In this document: positions 53,158 to 64,000 of the stretch, piece by piece
Position numbering within the stretch: position 1 is the stretch's first letter
How the letters are laid out: each line of letters begins with the position of its first letter
Program-made: the position numbers and the translations under genes
Assembly: GCA_000708835.1 (NCBI GenBank)
Contig: DF237006.1
Coordinates: 69,817 to 133,816 of the forward strand
Source of the DNA: Klebsormidium nitens
Taxonomy: Eukaryota; Plantae; Klebsormidiophyceae
Direction: 5' to 3'
Length of the DNA: 64,000 nt
The notes under the pieces: model-generated
What the model saw: the letters and a program-made list of their open reading frames with translations, nothing else
What the model was told of the DNA's origin: nothing
The model's database searches: none

Positions 53158-53475
53158 TGGAGTGATGACGGCAGAGGATGACCCTAAGCCTCTGGGGCGT
53201 TGCCCCGGCCAGAGGGAGCTCCCGCGGGAGCCCCCCCTGCCAGACGGAGGCCCGGGGCCTCGACGTCGGGGGATCACCCCCAGTGAGCAGACACCCCGGC
53301 AGAGCCGGGGCTCACGGCGCACGAGCAGGCTGCTCGGCGCGACTTCTCACTATCTGCCCAGGATAGCCGCAGCCGGCCACATTTGTATGGTCGCAGAATA
53401 CGGAGACCCTGTGGGTGGAGGGACTTGGTAACGTCACCTGCCGTTCGATGTGTCAGGTGCCTCGATCTGACGGCT
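53158..53475 (+). ncRNA. Candidate structured ncRNA, copy R (right arm of an inverted duplication)
   Basis: Begins TGGAGTGATGA (box C consensus RTGATGA), ends CGATCTGACGGCT (box D CTGA), and carries a 48-nt self-folding insertion relative to copy L. Confidence 0.4.
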
Positions 53476-56300
53476 GTGCTTTAAGCCGAAGAATGTGCGA
53501 CCGCCGTGCGACTGCCTCATGTGAGAAGCAAAGAGTGACCGAAATTGGTTTGCAGAAGCCGGACGTGCACTACGTGCTGCAACTTGCGCAAACAGGGGAA
53601 CAAAGCTAGAACACCCTGGCTTGTAAAATCACCATCGAAGCTGTGTGCAGAGTGCCAACATCAAAAACTCAACCAGTGTCCGGGAACCAGTGCATCTCTA
53701 GGGCCGTTGCGTGCGGATACGTGAACTCGACAGACCGGGTCCGTTTCATTCAAAGCATACCGCGAAAGGCACTCCAAGGTGAGAAGACTTCATGACATGG
53801 GGGTCCTCCCAAAGGGCTTCGGATACTTAAACTGTCGCCGTGTCCAGTAGGCCACCTCAGGTCTTGACCGGGCTTCGCAGTGCTGGGCTCGCAAGGATTC
53901 TGGATTCTTTGCTTGTCACTGGATGTACGTCAACTATCTTGGGCACCCACACATCTTAAGACAAATTCCCGCAGAGCCAGCGTACCGCCGCAGGGCCACT
54001 CGAAAGCGTGAATGATGGTGCCCGCAGATGTGCTAACAAATCTTTCTCGTGGTCAAGAGAGTAACTCTCCAGGTATTCAGGCTCTCTCTTTTATGGTGCT
54101 CTGAATGTGAAGGTAAAGGGACGCGGAAGACTCTTTGGGATTCAAGGAGCTGGCTTTGAAGTGACTAGGATCTCGAGAAAACTTACATTGAGCTTCAAAT
54201 TCAATCGAGCCACGAAGATGAGTAACTTGAACGGTGCAGCTCATGCATAAGGTAGACTGTCTGTGCAAAGCTCTTGCACGGACTGGGGGTTTCAGCTCAC
54301 ATCCTTGAGCCCAAATGAAAGTTGGGAGAGCTCTTTGGGGCGAAGTCTTCTAGAAGGTTCTTAAATTGCCGCCGGAAAGGGCTTTAGCGCCACCTGCGCT
54401 TTGCTAGGAGGCCCTAGGCCGCTAGGCAGATGCAGGATCAAATCCCGCTTATAGCTTCGACAGCTTTCATGCAGGTCTGGCAAGAGGCAGTATTCTGCAT
54501 TGACAAAGGCTCGGTACGTCGGAAAAAGACCCCAAGGGCTTACATTTGGCTGCAAGACTCGGAGCAGAAGTTGGCGTCACCCTGATGATATTTTTGTTTG
54601 GCGAGCGCTTAGGTCGATTGACTCAGAATTTGTCCATGGCAGTGTCAGTATCAGCACTTCTTTTGAGACTCGCTCGAGCGTGTCCAATTCAACGGTTCAA
54701 TCGCAAAGCAATAGAGTTTTTCGAGAAGTTTGCTTGAGACAGACAACTTGTTTGCTTGCGGAGCCCTTATGCATCGCAAAACGTCCTCGTTAGGCGCCAG
54801 AGGTGTAAGATTCAAGCGGAATGGCTGAGACACGGCAAAAGCGATCGGCTTTTCTGGCCATAGCCTGATTCCTGCGCTGTAGAAATCGAGGCAAACCCTC
54901 ATGAAGCGGCTGAGGAAACAAAGTTGCTACTAAGGTTGGATGCAACCTGGTCGCGAACATACAACCAATACACGTACGTGAAGCGTGTCGTGATTCACAA
55001 AGGTGCTTCGTGCTTCGGCAAGAAGAGGAAGGCTGTTCGCCTGCAGAAGACCCCTTCCTTCACGAGTCGCTTTGAAGAGCGGCTGGGAATACTACACTTC
55101 TTTAAATCGCACTCCCAGGGGGTCACAAACCCCAGACATAGGGATCTCTGCCTCGCTCAGTATATAGTTTCTATCAACCCACAAGGTTCCGCAAAATTCG
55201 GGGTTCAATCAACACGAGGTTTCATTAAATTTGGGTTGCAATCTACTACGTGTTCTTTGTCCTCACAAGAGAGGCAATAACTTACAGGCGGGTAAGGCGA
55301 CTTCGTCACACAATTGGCCCGGAAAGTGGGCAGTGAAGTCTATACTTTCACTCCAAAAAGAAGACCAGAAAAAAGCCAGCACGATGTACATGGTGTCAGA
55401 CTGTCTGCTTCGGCCTCTCTCGAAAAGAATCAAAGCAGAAGAAGCTCATGAAAGACGGAACTTCTAATTGACATGAAGCTCTAGTCAGTATAATCTGGCC
55501 ACTCAAAAAGGCGTGTTGGAGAATTATGGATGCACACGTTGACCATTCAACTAGTTGTGTGATCAATGCACAGATTTTGTGATAGTGCTTGGCGCAAACA
55601 TCGAAACCATCTCGATCAGTGGACGGTTTGACGGTATATCTTGAGTTTGCACAGCGGTACTGTCCCGTCATATGCGCGCCTTCGAAACATTGGAGGCAAC
55701 TCTTGAATTCAGAAACGGCCGTTTGACGTCAAGCAGAGGCCCTCCGAGTTTAAGTAATTAGTCGAAGCCCTCGTGCTCAGCTCTCTCTCCTTCTGCCGGT
55801 TGGCCAGCACCTCAATGGCGAGCTCAGCGGTTCTTAGCGCCTAGTGTGCGTCAAGTCCAAGATCGATCTCTGTTGCACCATGCCGAGCCCACTAGCTATG
55901 GTGATGACGTCTGGCTTAGCGATGTGCTATGCGGTCAACAATGTGCGTGATGAATCCATGCAGGCTTATAATATGATTGATGAACTGGTTCGTTACAATT
56001 GGCCCGACAGTAGAATTGATATATCCACATGTATACGTACGTCGCTCACCATTGCAGTCGAAGAACGCCATGACGGACTAAGAAGGCCGGAGGTTGACAG
56101 GCGGATATTTTGGTAATCTACAGCCACAATTCGAACAGAGTCATTGTCACTGTCCATGTACGATCCAATGTTTCTGTAACAGCAATACTAACCCAATGTG
56201 ATACCCGGTACCAACCAGATTTCATTGTAGCTTTCCAATGCTGCACTGCGGCTCGAAAGATGGCTCAATCCATCTCACTTCCGCACATCTATCTCAAGTG

Positions 56301-59300
56301 TCAGTAATAAAGCTTCGGATGATACGTGATGGGGCAGATTGAGAAAGCCATGCGCGTGGCCGCATATGTGAGCCGCCGCCTTTGATCGTCTGTCAGTGGA
56401 CGCTCCAACACCTTCTCGGCGGAATGGTCCTGCGAGGCAAAAGATAACAGTATGTTGACAGTGCAATATCAAGCGTAGCTCAAGGTGGTCGTTATGATGC
56501 GTTACTGTTAACCGACCGACTTGAGCGGCAAGATTGCTCCGCTTAGTGTACTGCAATATTGTTTCACGGCAGATCTTTGCTATTACGAAGCGACCAGCGC
56601 GCATAGATACCTGACAGAGATCGCTCGCACCATGTCCATGGATGACACCAACAAAGCCGGTTGCTCGACCTGATTGCATGCCGCCTTCTCCATCATATTA
56701 CAAACTGGGCTGGTTTTCGTTTCCGGACAAGGCAGACAAAGTTCGTTTCTTGCCTCCCCACCCCCACCGAGGTGCCATCCCAATGACCAGCTCTTTCGAG
56801 CTTTCACATAACTACAGCGCACCGTTGACAAACATCCCACGTACATTGCCTACGCCATAGGACTCTTTGTTCCGTATCCAACTCACCACACTCCTTCCCA
56901 AAAACTGCCTGCCTTACTTTGTACGCACAAGCCCCGTCCTCACCGTGTGCCAGAACATCCTGCCGTACGAGCGCGCCCCGTAGATGTCGGTGTGCGAGGT
57001 CCCCCCCCCCAGCTCCACCCCGTTGGCGCCCACGTGCACCACGTTGTTGATGTTGCCCCACTCGTCCAGCTCCGTCGGCAGGTCGCCCGCGTGGCGCCAC
57101 TGCCCGTCCACGATAAACTTGTACCGGTACCTGCGCAGGACGCGGCATCGCACTTGTCAACGCCGACAAGAGGTTTGCCTTACCCAGGTGAAATTGCAAA
57201 CTTGGTCAATCCCTTCTGCTTCGCTCCACCATGACCCGCAGGCGAACGGCATCCAATAGACAGCAATCGGATGGGGAAAAAACGTCGAAGCTGAAGCTGA
57301 AAAGAAGGCGGCAGCAACGGCTCTTGCTTGCCTCAGTAACCACGCAGGAGGCTTACGCTCCACATGTCTCAAACGCTCAAGTGACTAGGGCGCATCGACA
57401 AAGATCGGCTCCGCGTGCGACAAAAACCGCCTACTTTGCTCGTGGAATTGCAGCATTCATGCATCACAGCGTTTGCCGACATGGCGGGCTTGAAATGATG
57501 GTCCGGATGCGGTGAGAGCGAAGCTTACTTTCCGGGGGGCAACCGCAGGTCCAAAGCAAAGCAGGGCCCGCCAATGGGCACGGCTGCCATGGGGTCGGAC
57601 CAGCCCCCGCCAAACTCCCCCACAACAAGACACTGCATCAAAGGATGAGCGGTGGTGAGAGAGACTGCTGCTACCTGTGCCACGGCCTTCCTCCTGTATC
57701 TTTAAAACAGGGGCGAAGTCTTCGTTGTGGCACGTCAAAATCGCTTCACCGACCTGACTCCGGATAGAGACGGTTGACCTCTTCATGCTCTCACATCGTA
57801 GCGCACTGTCCAGACACGCTTCAACAGGTGCATGTACGTGAGAGCACCGTCATGCCGCACAATCGGCCGCAGAAAGAACGATTGTTCATGATTCAGAATC
57901 TCGTCCTGCACAGACCCACGAGAGATCGGAAGGGCCGGCGTCACAGGCTGTGGCACCGGTGCGTACCTCCCTGCCCCCGTGGTTCCACACAAGGCGCACC
58001 GGATGCGAGCGGTCCCCCCCCTTGTGGCGGCCGTCCTCCACCATGGCCAACAGGTCCCACGTGGCGCCAGCAATGGACGCGCTGCAAAGATGAGATGCTA
58101 TTAGTCTTTCGGTGTCAGCTTCGTTCTCATTAGAAGCAATTCTAGAGAGTCATGGAGATGCCGACGTGAGAGGTGAAATGACTCTGCGGCTTCCAAATAC
58201 CGACGGTCCTGGGCATAGCGTAACGGGGGAAGTCACTCAACGATACTGTTCGTCTCAAAACCTTCTAAAAATGCCGAAGATTTGCGGACTAGGTGGTCAC
58301 GTCAGTGCAGGAAGTGCCTTGCTTTCCCCGAGCGAACAAAGCTGAAGGTGAAACTTACATAAAATACTCAAGTCTGACATACATGTGAATCTTGAGACGA
58401 CTGAAGCCCCCTCGCAACCGCCAGGAATAACATCGTCCGAGCAGTTTACAAGACAGCCGACGGATATAAAGGAAAAAAGAGAGATATCGAAGAGGTGGGT
58501 CGCGTGAAACTGGCTCTCGAAGCATTGGAGTCTCACCGGTTCGGTGCGGAGGGCCGCAGTTTCACAATGGCGGAGTAGGCCTCGTCCAGGGAGAGCTGGG
58601 CGTGCCAGTGCAAAAAGGCGATGACGACAGCTGGGGACCGCCCCAGGCCGGCTGTGCAGGTGACGTATACCCGGTGACCCCGCCGAAGCAACCGGTGGAG
58701 AGCCCCGACCGCAACTGCGAGACATAACGCGGCAGGTCAGACTGGAAGCGTTCGTCAGGAGAATCTATGTTTGATCTCGCGCGCTTCGCTCTCGCTCATA
58801 CCAGAACCTCCCAAACCTTTGTCATTGAGATGCAGTAGCTTAACCGTGAGAAATGGTATTTTCTCGTCGTTGACGCCCATATAACAGGCCCGACCTAATA
58901 CAAAAACAGGAGGCTATCCGACGTGGTCGCGAGTTCACATGGTGCATTCTGAAGTTCAATGGGAAATTTCAGCACCTTGGGTGCAAAACCACGGTAACGT
59001 CGATTGAACGAAGTAATCAGGGTCAAGATTTGCAAGCCGCACCCGGTACTCGATGGCGCAGGTCCTGCGACTCGAGGTTTCTTCACCGGGTGCGAAACGA
59101 CTGCACCGTCAGTCGACGGCCTACCCCACGTCAGAAGTTCAGACCCCTCACCCGGCAGCCGGTGTCGCAGGTCCCGTGGGTCGAAGTCCCGGATGGGGTG
59201 CTGCACGAGACGGATGCCCTCCTCGCGGAACGCGCGGTTGATGGCGTCCCCGTCGATGCCCCAGTTCACCTGGTCGCTGCTCTGCTGCAGGTTGAGCACC

Positions 59301-62300
59301 GCCGTCACGCCCTGCAGAAAAGAGGGGCGTTTGAATGCCTGATGGAGCAGCAAACTGCGATGACCGGGCAAGGAAGTTGAGACCGCTGCCATGCCTTCCG
59401 GAGAGTAATATGGGTTTCAGTGAAAGCCAGGTTGAAATTGGGACGGATGCGGTTTGCGGTGGGTACGGGTGCAGAGTGGGAAAACTTGTATCTAGCCTTT
59501 CTTACTGCGCGTTCTCCCGGTTCCACATATGCATCAACCTGGCTCAACGCAACCCCTGGTCGAGACCTACAGGAAAGACGGTGTTCTGACAGAGCAGCGC
59601 ACTGAGAAGGCCGCGCAAGGAAGTGAGGTCCACGACTCAAACATTTTGGATCGGCCAGCGGAAATGTTTGCGATGAAACGACCGTTCAGTATCGAAATTG
59701 GAGACTGCACCATAGGCGCAGACCACGGTTACAATTGCAAGTCGTTTGCACTCCTGTTCTGCTCCACACAAGCAAAAGAGTCGATACACCAGCGGAGAAG
59801 TGGGTCTCGATCTTCAATTGTGGTTCGAGCACATACATCATCCAATCGCCTTGCGTGCTTTTCTTGTTTCTCAGATAATCCGACCCCAGCCCGACTGGAC
59901 AATAGTCAGCCGACGAACCGGACCTATCCTTCGCAACGGTCAGAATCATCAGCCTAACTTTCAAAAAAGTCGAAATGCATTTGGGCTCGCGTCCTTGTCA
60001 GAAATACACTCGGGCTCTCGCTTTCATCAGGTTCCATTCAGCACCCAGTAACTTCGAAGTTCTATTTCTCACAAAAGCACTCCCTCACCAGCTGGCGCGC
60101 CAGGACTTGCACGTCCGCCGGCGTCTGCAGACACGACCCTAGCAGCAGCTCCGGGAGCACTTCCGTGTAGTTCATGCCCAGACTGTGGTGGTACTCCAGA
60201 TCCCACCCCGCACGCCGCATCGCGTCGTTGTATTCTTCCACCGGGTCGATCTGCGCGCCCACGCTGCCCCCCCCGTAGAACTCGTCGTATACCTCCTCGT
60301 CCGTCCAGCTGGCGGACATCGACGGCTCCTGGACGACGAGAACGGGCCGAGGCTTTCTTAGGGAGTCGTGGGCAATTCGAATGAGGTGAGCGTTGTTGGA
60401 AGGTTTCGAGAGCCGGCCTTTTGCGGAAGCAACTTGAAGAGAAAAAACCGAAGAAGTTTCTGTTGGAAGCTCCGAGCTTCAAAGAAGGCCGCCTTCGTCT
60501 GTTCCCTTGATGCGAAGCAAAGGAAACGAGAAGTTGGATGTCTTTCCAGATTCTTTACGAAGTGGTCGAGAAAGTGTTCCAACTGTAAGGGCACACGAAC
60601 GGGTTACCATCGAAACCGTGATGACATGATTATACCGAGAAACACGTCAGGCCTCGCATATTTGTCTTCGGTCCTTCTTTGGTAGCCGCTACACAAACAG
60701 CCTGAACGTAACCGCTATTATTTGTGTTGGCTTTGACAAAAAAGGAGTCGGAAACCTTTTCATACGCTCACGCTTTTTCCCACTCAAGTCCAGTGAGATA
60801 GTTGACTGTCAACCAAAGCCGTCGTAACCCGAAAATTAAGGCAGCAGATCGACAAGACTTTCTTACCCCGCTACCGTCCAACCTCTGCTTGCTCCCGATC
60901 CCAATGTCTCCGAACCCTTGCCCCGGAAACCCGCTCTCCCTCTGCGTGAAAAACGCCTCCGCACCGTAGTTGTGCGACCCCGGTTTCGCACCCCCCTGCT
61001 CTGACCCCCGCAGTTCGAAAGCGGCGGCCAACTCTTCCTCGTGCGGCTGACTCCCCCACCCGCTGGTCGACTCCACCACGTCTTCCGCGGACTCTATAAA
61101 GTCCTCCGCCAGGTAATCTGCCTCGTTGGGACGTCTAGAACTTCCGGAGGCCCTGTTTTCGGGGTACCAGCCGGCCGCCCTGCCCTTCGAGGCAGTCTGC
61201 CAGGCGAGCCCCCGCGTGTGCAGGGCCTGCGCGGTGCGCTCGAACACGAGGCTGACCGGCCCGCTTCGTGTTTTGATGGCGTACATGACGCGCGAGAAGT
61301 CGTGCGCCTCCCACATGTCCTCTCCGAAAACGGCGCTCGTCTTTTTGAGGACGTCGCCCAACATGACCATGCGGCTGTTTTCCGCGTTGCCGCCTTTTGC
61401 CAGGGCCTGCGGCGAAGTGTGTTTTGATTCGAGCAGCCTGTCGAAGGTTGTGCACTTGCTGCGTTCGTTGTGGTTCGAAACGGCGAGTGGAAAATGGCTT
61501 GCTTATGACTTTATGACCATAAATGAAATTGGAGGACTTAGATAATGATGAACTCCAGGGTATCGTGCAACAATCTTTGAAAAGTAAAGTACGTTACGAC
61601 GGCCTTTTCCTATGTCTGTCTTTTAATGTGCTGTGGCAAGCTGAAAAGGGGGGCACGGCACGATCAGGATGATCTCACCAGGAACATGTCACGTCATAAG
61701 CAAGGGTGGCGGTGCCAGGCACGACTGGAATTTCATCATACCATTGGGATTGAGGCTGCTGACGCACCAGATGAATCAGATGCTCCAAGCACGAGACAGT
61801 CCTTTTGATAGCCTTACTTACAGCTGAGAATCCTCCGATGGAGGTCACAGATATCTTCTCCTTGAATTAGTAGAGGGCTCTTATAGAAGGAAAAGCTTGT
61901 CTGAGTCGTGTCCAACAAAAGTGGAAGATCAGACTGCCTTCAGTACATTCGAGTTCAACTCCCAACTTTTCAAAGATACTACTACTACAAATAGTGGCCT
62001 CAAGCACAGTATAACAATTTGGAAGCCAAACATCTTTGGCCATCACGGCGGGCGCACTTTGTCTTCAGTGCAACCAGTAAGTCATATTGAATTACTTCCA
62101 CCAGTTCATTTGGACATACTGTATGAAGGTATTCCCCTCTCGACCACCAGTTGTCTAACCTTTTGAGCCAGGACCAATCTCTCCTGACTCGCAACCACTT
62201 TTGCAGATTTGGAGGTTGTGTCCATTCTGAAGAGTCAACATTTGAGATTTTCTAGACCTTTCTATCATTAATATTGGAAGACCTTTTATTTCCAGGGTCG

Positions 62301-62781
62301 GTCCTCATTCTTGAAAGGACGTTGGGGCGCTGGGGCTCACCTCCACATACACCTTGCCATCCTCCCGCTGTGCAAAGCGTATGCCAATTGGCTTTTCGAG
62401 AGTCACCAGGTACTCATCAAGGTTGAAAGTGTATTCCTTGTGGTCCTCAACAGTGCCGGGCCAGCCTGCCTCTACTCGAAGCCCTCTCCGTACTCGTTTA
62501 CGCTGAGCAATTGTCCTTGAATGTAGGAACCTTCTGAGAAGCAAGACATGATCTGGGAAAGCACCAAGTGACGTGGCTGAAGAAGGCAATGCACAAGTAG
62601 TGCTCAGCTTCTTCCGCCTATGTGGTCCGGCCAATTTTGACACCACCAGGAGAGTGCCCTCCTTGGGTGCAAAGCTTGCCTTTTGAAACTTGGAACCAGA
62701 CTTTTTGTGGGGACCTTCTCCTAGGCATACAGCCCATCGCAGAGTGCTTGCGGCAGCTGCCCTTTTAGCAGCCCAAGCCAT
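56301..62781 (-). CDS. LSF1: Phosphoglucan phosphatase-like LIKE SEX4 1 (PDZ-like + DSP + CBM48), plastid-targeted, multi-exon
   Basis: EYLVTLEKPIGIRF (PDZ-like), LGMNYTEV...GSCLQT, VTCTAGLGRS, ATWDLLAMVEDG, YKFIVDGQWRH (CBM48), and last exon KVLERPLTDDQRRRLTYAATRMAFSICPITYHPKLYY*. Confidence 0.92.
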
Positions 62782-63348
62782 TGACAAACTTCTTGCCACC
62801 CAAAATCTACAACAGGGCCTTGTGCGAGGTTGAGAAATCTTTACATGCTCATTGTTTTACAACCTGGTGCAAGGAACGTGACACTTCTCTGGGCTTGTGC
62901 TGGGATTACGATGATCCTAGGAGGCGCCCCCAAGAAAACTTCTTCTTTGTCACATTGGCAAAAAAGTCTGGAGCATGATACATCTGCTAGGTTGCACTGC
63001 GAAAGTTGACCCAACGAAACCTCTCCACTCGTCTTTTGACACTCTCCTTTCGCTTAGCGGCATGTGCGGCCGAGTTCAAAGTAAAATCTTGAAAGACGTG
63101 TGTCAAGGGGTTACTTGAAACCACTTGAGTTATTCTTGAAAATGTCGGGCTGGGGATCAAATAAATAACGCAACGCATCTTGACTTGATCAAATGCAAGG
63201 CAAATGCACACAAATCTTTTGTCAAGAACTCCACCTGCAAAGCGCTCTTCTATTTACAGGAGACCTGACTCCTGCCTTTCTCTCCCCTTTTGAACTTGCT
63301 CTAGGTGGAGAACATCTGCGCACCACTTTCTCCTTGCGCGTTGTTGAA

Positions 63349-64000
63349 ATGGCGGCATCAATTGCTAGATTCCCTTTGGGAGGCAGTTTGGCTTGTCGGT
63401 CAAGCATAGTCTCACCAGTTGCGGGCGCCAGGAATCAACACTACACCGGGAACGTCCTTCCGTTTGGGAGCTTGACGTGCAGAAGAACGACAATACACGC
63501 CCTAGCCCCAAGGGCCTCAGGGAATTCAGCAGACAGCAATGCCGAGGGGAAAAATGATGGGGACCAGGCGCAGAATGCGGCACGCTTTATCTTGGAAAAG
63601 GCGGGCATGTCAGAGACTGCCAGTTCGTCAGGGGGCGGCTGCTGCGGTGGCGGGTGCGGGGGGGAGAAGGCAGACGCCAAGTCTGCGGCACAGCAATTTG
63701 CAGAGTTGGAGGCAACATTTGTCACCGGCCCGGTCAGCATTATCTCTTTCCATCAAACGGGCCCTGTGCGCATAAAATTGGAAAGCGTTGCTGCTTTTGA
63801 GGTGTGGCTCCTTTTCCTCTATTGCAGCCGTGACAATAGTCAGCAAGTGCAATTGGTGGTTTGACTGGAGAAAGTGTCTGCCATTCTTTAAAAAGGAGTG
63901 CTGAAGCCGTTACTTGCCGTGCAGATGGAAGGTAACATCACCCGCGACGACGTGCAATCGGCCTATCGGAGCGCCCCGGTGAGCGGCACTGATTGCGCTC
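63349..64000 (+). CDS. 5' part of an unidentified, probably plastid-targeted protein, truncated by the window end
   Basis: MAASIARFPLGG... transit-peptide-like N-terminus, then a GGGCCGGGCGG motif. A likely donor lies near 63732 and a next exon (MEGNITRDDVQSAYRSAP) follows TGCAG near 63926. I do not recognise the family. Confidence 0.65.

Noticed and set aside
53385-53395. GTATGGTCGCA in both arms matches a recalled 18S rRNA helix-27 segment
   Set aside because: An 11-mer match to rRNA is expected by chance. It is in the sense orientation for the proposed strand, and the antisense reading has no adjacent D box.
52335-53431. Paralogous short ORFs in the inverted arms (…PGPRRRGITP.EQTPRQ…)
   Set aside because: Five of six substitutions in the best-aligned block are nonsynonymous, so conservation fits nucleotide or RNA constraint better.
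157-63864. Most short ORFs in the supplied six-frame track
   Set aside because: They are antisense or off-frame shadows of GC-rich exons, or intron read-through. The 14 spliced genes explain them.

Overview
Intron-rich eukaryotic nuclear DNA from a green plant lineage. LSF1, NdhS, a SIP aquaporin and RPA1B, plus GC3-rich exons with GTRAG...YAG introns, point to a streptophyte alga such as Klebsormidium (inference). I reconstructed 14 spliced protein-coding genes by hand: SIP(+), TTL/allantoin synthase(-), plastid SHMT(+), RPA1B(-), RimP-like(-), NdhS(+), WDR75/UTP17(-), PsaE(+), alkaline ceramidase(-), CHIP(+), eIF2B-epsilon(-), SUD1/DOA10(+), LSF1(-), and a truncated unknown plastid-targeted gene(+). 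Strands alternate almost perfectly, giving six head-to-head pairs. I found no tRNA, rRNA, CRISPR array or autonomous transposon ORF. The best unexplained signal is in the ~4.7 kb gene-free gap after SUD1: two diverged, divergently oriented copies (52330-52605 minus, 53158-53475 plus) of a hairpin-dense ~280-320 nt element. The copies share box C-like and box D ends, show a compensatory base change, and differ by a self-folding 48-nt insertion, so the element is a candidate uncharacterised structured ncRNA. Homolog motifs are recalled, not searched. Exon edges were read by eye and may be off by a few bases.
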